Shown piece after piece: positions 1 through 9,753 of a stretch of 64,000 nt of DNA (position 1 is its first letter; the number at the start of each line of letters is the position of its first letter). The position numbers were made by a program, and so were the translations under genes. The stretch comes from an uncultured candidate division WWE3 bacterium (lineage in GTDB: Bacteria > Patescibacteriota > WWE3 > UBA101185 > UBA10185), in the NCBI GenBank assembly GCA_938004185.1, contig CALKWN010000065.1:315111-379110 (forward strand). Reading direction: 5' to 3'. The notes below the pieces were generated by a model. It ran no database searches. It was not told where the DNA came from and was given only the letters and a program-made list of their open reading frames with translations.

Positions 1-12
1 AAAAATAGTCTG

Positions 13-59
13 AGCAAAGAAAACGGGGCAATGTAGTTTATAAACTTTTACATTACCCC
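13..59 (-). terminator. Intrinsic terminator after the 81-aa gene: GGGGTAATGTA/TACATTGCCCC stem followed by a U-rich tract on the minus strand
   Basis: Inverted repeat at 25-35 / 49-59 with one mismatch. The minus-strand RNA continues with GUUUUCUUUGCU. Confidence 0.5.
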
Positions 60-66
60 TTTAGTA

Positions 67-312
67 CTACTCCTTCTCAACCTTAGGGTGCTTATTCAAG
101 AGAATTTCACGGGACACCTCGTTAATGTCTCTGTGACGGTCTCTGTAGCTCCCACAAAAACAGCTTTTTGTACAATATGGGCCCGGAACGTGAGGTAAAA
201 CCCTTTCACTTTCCGCCCGGGAAAGACGTACAGCACTATCGGTAGGCTTACATCTTCCCTTACCGGCTCTTGCCTGGGCTACTATGGCGTCAACAATTTC
301 TTTTACGTCCAT
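67..312 (-). CDS. Small Cys-rich hypothetical protein (81 aa)
   Basis: ORF preceded by GGAGGTG 5 nt upstream of the ATG. Has four Cys (C21, C47, C51, C53), a possible metal-binding arrangement. No family recognised. Confidence 0.5.
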   Translation of the reverse strand: MDVKEIVDAIVAQARAGKGRCKPTDSAVRLSRAESERVLPHVPGPYCTKSCFCGSYRDRHRDINEVSREILLNKHPKVEKE

Positions 313-496
313 CGCACACCTCCGATCAATCGAATCGTTTCTGATTACAACCGGGTTTACTAACCCTTTTAACAGACCTCCGCGGAAAAATTTGTACCTT
401 CAATTGCTCTCCTTTTTTAAGTTTAAAAAAAACGACCCCCTGGAAGAAATCTTCGTTTAGTTGGCCGTTACAATATTTAATTGAGCAAATCGTAGC

Positions 497-529
497 AAAA
501 AAAAGTTCCGGAGTCAAACGCTCCGGAAC
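497..529 (-). terminator. Intrinsic terminator downstream of rplS
   Basis: Minus-strand RNA: GUUCCGGAGCGUUUGACUCCGGAAC followed by U8. Perfect 9-bp stem. Confidence 0.65.
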
Positions 530-559
530 AAATAAGTCCGTGTTAAATAAAACTAAAAA

Positions 560-1045
560 TTACTTTTTAATCTCTTTAACTCTCATAGCTTCTCTACCTA
601 CTTTATCTCTAAGATAGTAAAGTTTAGCTCTTCTGACATTTCCTCTTTTCATTACTTTTATTTTTTCTATGTTAGGTGAGTGCAAAGGAAAAATTCTTTC
701 AACCCCTACCTGATCGGCGCCTATTCTTCTAACAGTAAATGTTTTGGATACATCAGACCCTCTGAAAGATATCACAATACCCTCAAAAGGCTGTATTCTC
801 ATTTTGTCGCCTTCGATTATTTTGTAAAAAACTCTTACGGTGTCCCCGGCTCTGAATTCAGGAAGTTTTTCCTCTGTCTGATCGGTAGAATCGTCTTCAA
901 CACTCTCTTCGTCGACAGTAGTTTCTTCCGTTACTTCAACGTTTTCTTGTTCGGCAATCTCTTCTGCGGGTGTCTCGTCAGCAACTACAGGAGTATCCTG
1001 CTGGTCGGTGTCTTGTTTTGTTGTATCTTTAATATTATCGGTCAT
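560..1045 (-). CDS. rplS: 50S ribosomal protein L19 with an acidic N-terminal extension
   Basis: C-terminal 110 aa carry L19 signatures ([30 protein letters not shown]). The N-terminal ~50 aa are D/E/T-rich. Confidence 0.9.
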   Translation of the reverse strand: MTDNIKDTTKQDTDQQDTPVVADETPAEEIAEQENVEVTEETTVDEESVEDDSTDQTEEKLPEFRAGDTVRVFYKIIEGDKMRIQPFEGIVISFRGSDVSKTFTVRRIGADQVGVERIFPLHSPNIEKIKVMKRGNVRRAKLYYLRDKVGREAMRVKEIKK

Positions 1046-1093
1046 AGACTGTGATAGGATAGCAAATTAATACCGAGATTTCAATAATTTCAA

Positions 1094-3205
1094 TTATTTC
1101 TTTCTCGAACCCACTTTTGCAGGTTTTCCGACGGAAATATCCAAACCGCCCGAGCCTGAAATATTTATTGTAAGGGAGTCTCCCTCAGAGATTTCACCAG
1201 CAATAATCTTGCTGGAAACGACGTTCTCAACCTCTTTTTGTATAAGTCTTCTTAAAGGTCTTGCTCCGTATTCATCGCTGTACCCGTTTTCTACCAAGTA
1301 ATCAACTGCCTTAGGTGTTATTTCCAAATTTATCTGCTGTTCTTTTAACATTTTTTTGGTTTTCTCAAGCATACGTAAAGTAATCTCTTTAATATCTTCT
1401 CTGCCCAAGCTTGTAAAAACAACAATCTCATCAATTCTATTCAAAAATTCCGGTTTAAAAGAGTCTTTCAAAATACCGAATATTCTTTTGTCTGCGGACC
1501 TTTCCGCCTCATCGTGACTCTTTTTCATATCTTCGTTAAAACCTATATCTTTTCTTCGTAAAAGTTCCGATCCGACATTTGATGTGAGTATTAAAATTGT
1601 GTTTTTAAAGTCTACCGTTCTACCTTTGCTATCCGTTAACCTTCCGTCTTCCATAATCTGAAGGAGTGTATTAAAAGTATCGGGATGGGCTTTTTCTATC
1701 TCATCCAACAAAATAACTGAAAAAGGCTTTCTTCTTACAACATCGGTTAACTGACCGCCCTGGTCATAACCGATATATCCGGGAGGGGCACCTATCATTT
1801 TGCTTACAGAGTGCTTCTCCATGTACTCACTCATATCGAGCCTTATAATCATATCCTCGTCACCGTATAAGGCTTCGGCAAGAGTCTTAGCTAATTCGGT
1901 TTTACCTACACCTGTAGGACCTAAAAATAAGAAAGAGCCAATCGGCCTTTTTGGATCTTTTAATCCTGCTCTTGCTCTCCTTATAGCTTCCGATAAAACG
2001 CTTATAGCTTTGTCCTGCCCCACTACTCTATTTTTAATTGTTTCTTCAAGTTTTAATAATCGTTCTCGTTCAACAACATTCAGTTTCTCAAGAGGAATGC
2101 CTGTAGCCCTCGAGACCACTTTTATAACCGCGTCTTCGGTAACATCCGGAATTTCTTCGAGTTTTGTTTTAGTCCAAATTTCCACCAATTCGGATTTTAT
2201 CTTTTCGAGCTCTTCGAGTTTCTTTTTAACTTCATTTTTCTCTTCATCCGAAATTTTATTTTTTCTTCCCTGCGATTTTAAGTTTGAAATTTCTTCTTCT
2301 ACTTTTTTCAAATTTTCGGGCTCTTTAACCTGTGAGAGTCTGACCATAGCACAAGCTTCATCTATAAGATCTATTGCCTTATCCGGCAAAAACCTGTCGG
2401 AAATATATCTGTCGCTCATTTTTACAGCCGATATTATTGCGTCATCGGATATTTTTACATTGTGGTGTGACTCGTAGCGTTCACGTAATCCGCGTAAAAT
2501 CTCAACTGTATCTTCAGTAGTCGGCTCATTTACCATAATAGGTTGGAATCTTCTCTCGAGTGCGGCGTCCTTTTCAACATGCTTTCTGTATTCGTCTATC
2601 GTAGTTGCACCTACCATCTGTAACTCACCTCTTGCAAGTGCGGGCTTTAGAATATTTGCCGCATCCATCGAACCTTCAGCACTTCCGGCTCCTATTACCG
2701 TATGAAGCTCATCGACGAACATTATTATCTGACCGTTGGCCGAAATTACCTCCGAAATAATATCTTTTAGCCTTCCTTCAAACATCCCCCTGTGAGATGT
2801 ACCGGCAATAATTGAAGCCAAATCGAGCATAAATACTCTTTTTCCGCGCAGAGGCTCCGGAACCTGCCCGTTTACAATTTTTTGGGCAAGACCCTCAACT
2901 ATGGCGGTCTTACCTACTCCCGGGTCGCCAATTAACACCGGGTTATTTTTTGTTCTTCTGGAAAGGATATGAATAACACGCTCAATTTCGTTCTTTCTAC
3001 CGATTACGGGATCGAGTTTGCCTTCCCTTGCGAGCTGAGTTAGATCACGACCGTATTTATCCAGTTTAGAAGCCGACTGATTTGTTTCTTTTATAACTTC
3101 GGCGTAACAAACCTCACAAAGGGCCATATAAACCTGTTTGCCCTCAATAATCTGATTTATGGGATATTTTGCGGGGCGTTGTCCGCATCTGTGGCAGAGT
3201 ACCAT
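1094..3205 (-). CDS. ClpE/ClpC-type double-AAA+ Clp ATPase with an N-terminal C4 zinc ribbon
   Basis: Two Walker A sites ([16 protein letters not shown]), a coiled-coil middle region, and an N-terminal CxxC...CxxC like ClpE. No ClpC N-repeat domain. Confidence 0.85.
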   Translation of the reverse strand: MVLCHRCGQRPAKYPINQIIEGKQVYMALCEVCYAEVIKETNQSASKLDKYGRDLTQLAREGKLDPVIGRKNEIERVIHILSRRTKNNPVLIGDPGVGKTAIVEGLAQKIVNGQVPEPLRGKRVFMLDLASIIAGTSHRGMFEGRLKDIISEVISANGQIIMFVDELHTVIGAGSAEGSMDAANILKPALARGELQMVGATTIDEYRKHVEKDAALERRFQPIMVNEPTTEDTVEILRGLRERYESHHNVKISDDAIISAVKMSDRYISDRFLPDKAIDLIDEACAMVRLSQVKEPENLKKVEEEISNLKSQGRKNKISDEEKNEVKKKLEELEKIKSELVEIWTKTKLEEIPDVTEDAVIKVVSRATGIPLEKLNVVERERLLKLEETIKNRVVGQDKAISVLSEAIRRARAGLKDPKRPIGSFLFLGPTGVGKTELAKTLAEALYGDEDMIIRLDMSEYMEKHSVSKMIGAPPGYIGYDQGGQLTDVVRRKPFSVILLDEIEKAHPDTFNTLLQIMEDGRLTDSKGRTVDFKNTILILTSNVGSELLRRKDIGFNEDMKKSHDEAERSADKRIFGILKDSFKPEFLNRIDEIVVFTSLGREDIKEITLRMLEKTKKMLKEQQINLEITPKAVDYLVENGYSDEYGARPLRRLIQKEVENVVSSKIIAGEISEGDSLTINISGSGGLDISVGKPAKVGSRKK

Positions 3206-3254
3206 GAAAAGTATATTAGCACTCGATGTTTATGAGTGCAAGAGTTATTTGCGA

Positions 3255-5102
3255 TTAGTGTTCCCAAACATCGCCTACAAAAGGATCGCTTACGACTTTT
3301 ACTTTTTTAATAAACAATTCGGCTGCTCTTACCATTTCTTCAGACTGCACTTTTGCCCAATATTCCGCCTGATCCTCACGAACTTCGGAAACTATCTCAT
3401 CGTGTACGGTCAGCGTAAGCGAACCGTCTATTCCCTCTTTAACTCTCCTATCGTTCAAAAATATAAGTGCGTATTTTATTGCGTCAGCATTAGTGCCCTG
3501 GATGGGATGATTTTTAGCTTCCCTTTCAATTCGCGATGTTTTCTTTCTAAAATCGGGGTCGTTTTTTTCAGGTTTTTCGTACCATCTTTTTCTTCCGAGG
3601 GGGGTTGTACTAAAACCGTCTCTTACAGCTTTTTTGGCTGTCTTATCAAGGTATTCCTTAACACTGGGGTAACTTGCAAAATATCTGTTCACATAATCCT
3701 CGCCTTGTTCTTTAGAAACAGGCTTTCCCGATTCATTTTCAATGCGGCCGGCCAGACCTATCGCACCCATTCCGTACATTAAACCGAACCCTATCGGTTT
3801 TGCAATTTGCCTTAAATCCGGATATTTCTTTTTGAAATCATCACTATAAGGCACGTTAAACATAAGTGATGCGGTATATGAGTGAATATCTAAACCGTCA
3901 TTTAATGCTTTTATCATTTTAGCGTCCCCGGAAAGCTCGGCTAAAATTCTCATTTCAAAGGCCGAATAATCTGCAGTTACTAATTTGTACCCAGGTTCGG
4001 GATTAAAACAGGTTCTAAACGGAGCTTCTTCAGAATTTCTCGGAATTTGCTGAAGGTTAGGGTTATTACAGGAAAATCTTCCTGTAGCAGTGCCCAACTG
4101 ATTAAATTCGGGATGAAGTCTTTTTGTAACCGGATTTATTTTTGACAATAAACTGTCACCAAAAGCCGATAATAGTTTTTCATAACCTCTGTAGTTTCTT
4201 AAAATCTTTACTACCGGATGAGGATTGGTGGCCAAAATAGCGTCACCTGTTGAAGGTAAATTCAGATTCAGCCTTACATTGAAAAGTTCCATCAACTGCT
4301 GCTGACTGTTCATGTTAATCGTGTCGGCGTGGTTCCCGAACAAATCTATCATGTTATGTTGATACAAAGGTCTTATTGCTTCCTGAAACTCCTTTGCCAA
4401 TGCATTTCTTTTTTCCGAAAGTTTTACCATAATATCGCGCCATTTTTGTTCATCGATGTAAATTCCTTTGAGCTCCATTTCTCCGACCGCTCGGGTAGCT
4501 GAAAATTCGAGCTTGGCAACGTTTAAAAGATTTTCTTTTTTTATCTTTACAAGCTGTTCTTCGAATATCGGAAATAAAATTAATGTATCCAGGGCCGAGT
4601 ACTTTAGCTGTTCTACATTTATTTTTGTTTTAGTCGTTACACCTTCAAACGTCTCCCTAACATCCTTTTTCAAATCCATTCCGGTATATTTTTTTGTAAG
4701 GTCTTTCAAGGAATAGTATCCGCGTCCCATACCTGCGTTTAAAATAACTTCAGCCAGCATCGTATCGTACATGTTTGTAGGAGCTGCGCCCACATGTACT
4801 TTCAAATGCCTGTAGTCAAATTTTCCGTTGTGAAAAATTTTTAGTATTTTAGGATTCTCTAAGTACTCTTTAAACCTGGCGATATTTTTTAAATCTAAGG
4901 CTCGGGCATCAAAAATGTAACTTTTATCTTCGACTCCTATTTGAACCAATAAAAGAGTTGAAGTGTAAGGATCCAATCCCGTACCTTCGATATCTACCCC
5001 GACAACTTTGGCTTTTTCTAAAAAATCTAAAGCCTCGTTAAGCTTATCTTTTTCTTTTATGTATTCGTAAGAAGGATTCTCCGGATCAAATTTAAGTTCC
5101 AT
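3255..5102 (-). CDS. polA: DNA polymerase I, Klenow-like (3'-5' exo + polymerase, no 5'-3' exo domain)
   Basis: N-terminal DEDD exo motif VGVDIEGTGLD. Family A polymerase motifs RQIAKPIGFGLMYG and HDEIV. Confidence 0.85.
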   Translation of the reverse strand: MELKFDPENPSYEYIKEKDKLNEALDFLEKAKVVGVDIEGTGLDPYTSTLLLVQIGVEDKSYIFDARALDLKNIARFKEYLENPKILKIFHNGKFDYRHLKVHVGAAPTNMYDTMLAEVILNAGMGRGYYSLKDLTKKYTGMDLKKDVRETFEGVTTKTKINVEQLKYSALDTLILFPIFEEQLVKIKKENLLNVAKLEFSATRAVGEMELKGIYIDEQKWRDIMVKLSEKRNALAKEFQEAIRPLYQHNMIDLFGNHADTINMNSQQQLMELFNVRLNLNLPSTGDAILATNPHPVVKILRNYRGYEKLLSAFGDSLLSKINPVTKRLHPEFNQLGTATGRFSCNNPNLQQIPRNSEEAPFRTCFNPEPGYKLVTADYSAFEMRILAELSGDAKMIKALNDGLDIHSYTASLMFNVPYSDDFKKKYPDLRQIAKPIGFGLMYGMGAIGLAGRIENESGKPVSKEQGEDYVNRYFASYPSVKEYLDKTAKKAVRDGFSTTPLGRKRWYEKPEKNDPDFRKKTSRIEREAKNHPIQGTNADAIKYALIFLNDRRVKEGIDGSLTLTVHDEIVSEVREDQAEYWAKVQSEEMVRAAELFIKKVKVVSDPFVGDVWEH

Positions 5103-5216
5103 TTCAAGTATGATATTACCCGATTGAGCCTTAAGATGAAATACCCGAACTTGACTCGAACAAACTATTTACCTAGAATTCGGTACAAACAAAAAACACT
5201 AACAGAGAGGAGAGTC

Positions 5217-5528
5217 ATGAGAGAGCTAAGTCAGGAAAACTTACGAAAAGTTGAGGCAAGTTTTAGAGGAAAATACAATAGAGAGGTCTGGTTGATACCC
5301 AAGTATGAATACGGAACCGGACGCAACATGTGGCGTGTGCTTGAAGATATGGGTTTTGAAGTCAGAAATTACCTGAAAGTCGGCATACTTTTAATTGTTA
5401 CTCCGCCCAGAAGCTGGAAAAGGCAGGTAATCGGGCACTGGACGTACATCAAAAACAGTCGCGGGAAAATTAAGCTGTTTGCATACTACAGAGACATACA
5501 AGATTGCTATCTGAAACTACCGAAATAG
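5217..5528 (+). CDS. Hypothetical protein (~103 aa), orphan plus-strand gene
   Basis: GAGAGGAGAG RBS 3 nt upstream of the ATG at 5217 (the ORF track starts earlier at 5124). Followed by a hairpin terminator. No family recognised. Confidence 0.45.
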   Translation: MRELSQENLRKVEASFRGKYNREVWLIPKYEYGTGRNMWRVLEDMGFEVRNYLKVGILLIVTPPRSWKRQVIGHWTYIKNSRGKIKLFAYYRDIQDCYLKLPK

Positions 5529-5555
5529 CATTGTTTCCGGATATCAGCAAAACAA

Positions 5556-5598
5556 AGCCGTAATTAGAACCAACAATTCTTTTTACGGCTATTTTTTT
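5556..5598. terminator. Bidirectional hairpin terminator between convergent genes (5217..5528 and gatB)
   Basis: AGCCGUAA...UUACGGCU stem flanked by T7 on the plus strand and a U-rich run on the minus strand. The loop is long (19 nt). Confidence 0.45.
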
Positions 5599-6898
5599 AA
5601 ACAGACTCTTTTATGATTCGGAGAGTTGTAGCGGGATCAGCTTTACCCTTCATTTCCCTCATAACACCGCCCAGCAAAAACTGCAGTGCACTTTCTTTTC
5701 CGTTTTTAAAATCCTGGACGGCAGCAGGGTTATTTTGTAAGACGGTTTCTACTGCTTTTCTAATCTCATCGCTATTTGAAACTTTTTCGCCTTCATTTTT
5801 TACCCTCAACAAAATTTCGGATGCTGAAAGCTCCGACAAATCTTTGCGGTTAATTAAAATGTTAGCTGCTTTTGTAGACTCCAGCCCACCTGAAGTTAAA
5901 TCATGAAGTTTTTGAACCGCTTCTCTTCCCATAACTTCAACGAGGATTCGGCTTTGCTCTTTGCTTAAACCGTCTTTTTCCAGTTGAATACGCAGTGCAG
6001 AGGGCAATTCACCAACCAATAAGCCCAATTCCTCGATATACTTATCATCAAAAACCATGGGCGGTATATCGGGTTCCGGAAAATATCTGTAATCAGAAGC
6101 TTCTTCTTTGGTTCTTTGAGGAACAGTAATATTTTTAACATCGTTGTACCCTCTATTTTCTTGTTTCGGTGTTGAACCTGATTCCAAAATTTCGGTTTGT
6201 CTGGTTATTTCCGCGCGTACCGCTTTTTCCATAAACTTAAATGAGTTAATATTTTTGACTTCGACTTTGTAAGAAGGCAGTTCACCCTTTTTCTCCATCT
6301 CGGGCGTCCTTAAAGAAATATTTGCCTCGAGCCTCATCTGACCTTTTTCCATATCCCCCTCGCTTATTCCTAAATACCTGCAAATTACCTGAAGCTTTTT
6401 GCAGTAATCAACCGCGTCCTCGATAGAAGAAAAACACGGTCTTGTAACTATTTCTATCAAAGGCAATCCTGATTTGTTAAAGTCGACTAAAGTTTTTCCG
6501 TTTTGGTGAAATGACTTTGCAACATCTTCTTCGAGATGGACTCGCTCAATATCGGCCGTGTTTCCGCTTTCCAGAATTAAAGAACCGTTTTCGCATAAAG
6601 GCTGTTTGTACTGACTAATTTGGTAACCTTTCGGGAGATCGGGGTAAAAATAATGCTTTCTGTCGAATCTTGAATCTTTATTTAAAGTGCATCCTAAGGC
6701 TAGGCCAAGTAACTGTGCCTTTTTCACGCCTTCCGGATTGGGAACAGGCAAAGCACCGGGCAATCCTAAACATGTGGGGCACGTATGTGTATTAGGCTCA
6801 GCTTTCCATATATCCGCACTGCAACCGCAGAACATTTTCAGTTCTGTTTTAGGCTGAATATGAAATTCCATTCCCAGTACTAATTTAAATTCGCTCAT
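5597..6898 (-). CDS. gatB: Asp/Glu-tRNA(Asn/Gln) amidotransferase subunit B
   Basis: Typical GatB N-terminus (LGMEFHIQ...) and a C-terminal GatB/YqeY domain. Part of the gat operon. Confidence 0.92.
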   Translation of the reverse strand: MSEFKLVLGMEFHIQPKTELKMFCGCSADIWKAEPNTHTCPTCLGLPGALPVPNPEGVKKAQLLGLALGCTLNKDSRFDRKHYFYPDLPKGYQISQYKQPLCENGSLILESGNTADIERVHLEEDVAKSFHQNGKTLVDFNKSGLPLIEIVTRPCFSSIEDAVDYCKKLQVICRYLGISEGDMEKGQMRLEANISLRTPEMEKKGELPSYKVEVKNINSFKFMEKAVRAEITRQTEILESGSTPKQENRGYNDVKNITVPQRTKEEASDYRYFPEPDIPPMVFDDKYIEELGLLVGELPSALRIQLEKDGLSKEQSRILVEVMGREAVQKLHDLTSGGLESTKAANILINRKDLSELSASEILLRVKNEGEKVSNSDEIRKAVETVLQNNPAAVQDFKNGKESALQFLLGGVMREMKGKADPATTLRIIKESV

Positions 6899-7290
6899 AC
6901 GCGCACTCCTAATTTATATAAACCTTCTTTTAGATTTGCTACTGCTTCATTAATTACAAAGTAGGGCGGCTCGAATCCGGCCTCATGAACTAAGCTATTT
7001 CTTAATTTGTGAGCATCCCAAATTCTTCCGTAAGTCACTCTGTCAAACTTTTCTTTTGAGTTTTTTAATCTTTCACCCATTGTTTCTCCGGGAACAACAT
7101 CTTTTAAAGCGGCGTCCAAAGTTTTGTCGGCAGTAATTAATGCCTGTTTTAACTGAGCCGGACTTTTCTGTTTTAATAAGATAGCTATATTGTCCCAGTC
7201 GGAAGTTATTTTTCTCACAGTGTCCTGAGATACTGTGCCGTAAGAATATGAGGCTGTATTTTTTCCGAATATTGTTTCAAAAAATCCCAT
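6895..7290 (-). CDS. Hypothetical protein with an Rx4H (HEPN-like) motif, embedded between gatA and gatB
   Basis: ORF tightly packed: 2 nt after the gatA stop and a 4-nt overlap with the gatB start. Contains AHKLRNSLVHE, i.e. RNxxxH. Confidence 0.5.
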   Translation of the reverse strand: MGFFETIFGKNTASYSYGTVSQDTVRKITSDWDNIAILLKQKSPAQLKQALITADKTLDAALKDVVPGETMGERLKNSKEKFDRVTYGRIWDAHKLRNSLVHEAGFEPPYFVINEAVANLKEGLYKLGVRV

Positions 7291-7292
7291 AT

Positions 7293-8732
7293 CTATTCCT
7301 TTATAAGTGTGGGCTTCTCGTTATGAAAACCCGTCTCTCTTTGATAAGAGCACAAAGCTCCGAAAATTTTTGACTCCTCATTCATTCTTGCCATTATCTG
7401 CACACCTACCGGAAGTCCGTTATAAAAACCGCAGGGGACGCTAACTCCCGGAACTCCTGCAATACAGCTGGGTTCGTTTAGTACATCCATCATTTCACCG
7501 AACATTGCAGAATTAGAACTTTCTCCGACATCTAAAGCCACGCAAGGCATTGATGGTGCTACAAGAAGATCCACTTTTTCAAAAGCCTTATCAAAACTGT
7601 CTTTTATTAAAGTTCTTACTTTTTGAGCTTTCGAATAGTAAGCGTCGTAGTATCCCGAGCTTAAAGTATACGTACCCAGCATTATTCTTTTTTTAGCTTC
7701 GAAGCCGAAAGAATTTCGGTCATTTCCGTATCTTATTCCGTCAAGACGCGCCAAATTAGAAGATACCTCGGATCTTTGTAAAATTGTATAGACCGCGATC
7801 GAGTATTTAGGGCTTAACATATCAACATCGATTATCTCGGCGCCCAAAGATTTGAATACTTCTATCGCTTCATCAACTTTTTTTCTTGTTCCCTCTTCAA
7901 GATCCATTTCAAAGTAGGACACCGGCCTTCCGATTTTAACTCCTTTCAAATCGTATTTACCTGCCTCCGACAAATAATCTTCAACAGCTGCGGGAGAGGA
8001 AGTTGCATCAAGAGGATCTTTCCCGGCCATAACCGAAAGAACTAACGCTCCGTCTTCGGCAGTTTTTGTAAGAGGTCCCGGGCTGTCCGTAGAAGAAGCC
8101 ATTGCAATAATTCCGTACCTGCTAACTCTTCCGTAAGACGGTTTGACTCCGGTTACTCCGCACCAAGAAGCAGGACCCCTAGTACTACCCCCGGTCTCAC
8201 TTCCTGTCGCAAAAAGGCACATGTGTGCTGAAACAGCTGCTGCCGAACCTCCGGATGAACCTCCCGGAACTTTTGTTAAATCCCAAGGATTGAAAGTTGT
8301 TCCATAATCGGAAGTTTCGGTTGAAGAACCATGAGCCAGCGCGTCGAGATTTGTTTTTCCGAGCAACACAGCACCGGCGTCGTTAAGTTTTTGTATCGCA
8401 GTAGCGTCAAAGGGAGGCTCGTATCCTTCAAGAATTTTTGAAGCCGCTGTTGTTTCAATATTTTTCGTTGAATAGTTATCTTTTGCTGCGTAGGGAATGC
8501 CTAACAAAGGTTTATCTTCAAAAGCTTTTTCTCCTTTTTCGGAAATTAAATTATCAGCTTCCTTTGCTCTTTCCATAGCAATATCTTTGGTCACTCTTAA
8601 AAAGGCTTTAATTTTCGGGTCAAATTTCTCGATCTGATCCAAACATGCAACGGTAAGGTCGGTTGATGAGATATCTCCTTTTTTTAGGTCCTTTAAGGCC
8701 TCTACAACTGTAAGTTCGTTCAAATTATTCAC
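7293..8732 (-). CDS. gatA: Glutamyl-tRNA(Gln) amidotransferase subunit A (amidase signature)
   Basis: GGSSGGSAAAV amidase signature. Matches GatA in length and context. Confidence 0.92.
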   Translation of the reverse strand: MNNLNELTVVEALKDLKKGDISSTDLTVACLDQIEKFDPKIKAFLRVTKDIAMERAKEADNLISEKGEKAFEDKPLLGIPYAAKDNYSTKNIETTAASKILEGYEPPFDATAIQKLNDAGAVLLGKTNLDALAHGSSTETSDYGTTFNPWDLTKVPGGSSGGSAAAVSAHMCLFATGSETGGSTRGPASWCGVTGVKPSYGRVSRYGIIAMASSTDSPGPLTKTAEDGALVLSVMAGKDPLDATSSPAAVEDYLSEAGKYDLKGVKIGRPVSYFEMDLEEGTRKKVDEAIEVFKSLGAEIIDVDMLSPKYSIAVYTILQRSEVSSNLARLDGIRYGNDRNSFGFEAKKRIMLGTYTLSSGYYDAYYSKAQKVRTLIKDSFDKAFEKVDLLVAPSMPCVALDVGESSNSAMFGEMMDVLNEPSCIAGVPGVSVPCGFYNGLPVGVQIMARMNEESKIFGALCSYQRETGFHNEKPTLIKE

Positions 8733-9015
8733 GATCGAAAACTCCTTTCGTGACCACCAAATCTTTCTCTTTATTTTTTACGTTCTTCAGCGCCTCTTCT
8801 TTGGAGAGAGTAACAGTCCGAGAACCGTCCTGAAAAACATTTTTTAATCCTGTTACCTGAAAGGTTTCCTCAACTTTAGAAGTATCTAGCTCGTCTAAAA
8901 TTTTCACGTAATCCAGGGTATCGCTAAGTAGTTTTGAAAACTTCCCCTCATTGCCGGAAATATCTAGTTTAGACATTTCAGCTATTTTTTTTACCTCATC
9001 TATAGATATGCTCAT
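8725..9015 (-). CDS. gatC: Amidotransferase subunit C
   Basis: 96 aa with the GatC-like opening (MSISIDEVKKIAEMSKLDIS...). Overlaps the gatA start. Confidence 0.85.
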   Translation of the reverse strand: MSISIDEVKKIAEMSKLDISGNEGKFSKLLSDTLDYVKILDELDTSKVEETFQVTGLKNVFQDGSRTVTLSKEEALKNVKNKEKDLVVTKGVFDRE

Positions 9016-9106
9016 ACAAAGGTATTAAAGCAAATTTTTGTTCATATTTAAAGCAAAAGAAATGCCCGTCAAAAAATTTTTAGTTTTTAAGACGGGCGTG
9101 GATAAA

Positions 9107-9664
9107 CTAGATGACTAGTTCTTCCTGCTCAAAATCTTGCGTAATATCTTCCATGTCCTCATAAAATAGTTCCGCAATTTGCCTACCCAAAGGACCTGAA
9201 AAATAGAATCCCATGGTTTCCAAACTGCTTTTAGGAAAAACAACGTCAACTCTGAGCAAGGGAATTTTTATCACACCGAATGGTTTATAGTACAACATAC
9301 AAGTACTGCCTTTACCTGAATCGAATTTTATTTGGGACTCATGCGTTACTACATGCCCCATATAAATAAGATTCGGCTCGACCTGGGATACAATAACATG
9401 CAGCGAGCATACAGCTCTATTCAACTCGCAACCTCGATGAACAACCGCACGGGTGTCAGGAGATTTGTCGTACATCAGCATGCTATCCAGCTCTTCGAAG
9501 CAAATAGGCGGTATTAAACCGAAATCGATGTAACTTTTTGATCTTTCCCTAGTTATCTCGGATAAAGTTGGGGTGACATAGTCCTTTTGCTTTCTGAATA
9601 TTGTAAACAAAAGGCATGCACCAAGAACCACCATCACGGTCCAAAAACACTGATCTTCCGTCAT
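9107..9664 (-). CDS. Hypothetical membrane-anchored protein (185 aa, one N-terminal TM)
   Basis: Hydrophobic N-terminus then a soluble domain. Followed by a possible hairpin/U-rich terminator at 9064-9097. No family recognised. Confidence 0.5.
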   Translation of the reverse strand: MTEDQCFWTVMVVLGACLLFTIFRKQKDYVTPTLSEITRERSKSYIDFGLIPPICFEELDSMLMYDKSPDTRAVVHRGCELNRAVCSLHVIVSQVEPNLIYMGHVVTHESQIKFDSGKGSTCMLYYKPFGVIKIPLLRVDVVFPKSSLETMGFYFSGPLGRQIAELFYEDMEDITQDFEQEELVI

Positions 9665-9753
9665 CTCTCCTCCTTAATATATGATTTTTATTAAAATCCG
9701 CGATAACGCATTATATTTTTGAGCGGGAAATTAGTCAACAAATCCTGATTTGT

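Noticed and set aside
326-517. 63-aa minus-strand ORF between the Cys-rich small gene and rplS
   Set aside because: It spans the rplS intrinsic terminator and an A-run, and has no RBS. It is likely non-coding.
680-1054. 124-aa plus-strand ORF inside rplS, and similar antisense ORFs inside clpE (1800-2477), polA (3159-3782, 4468-4716), gatB (5613-5906), ileS, nrdJ, ftsZ, ftsA, uvrA, PBP1A, ppsA and others
   Set aside because: These are shadow ORFs on the opposite strand of well-supported conserved genes. They have low-complexity or odd composition, no RBS, and no room for a second gene.
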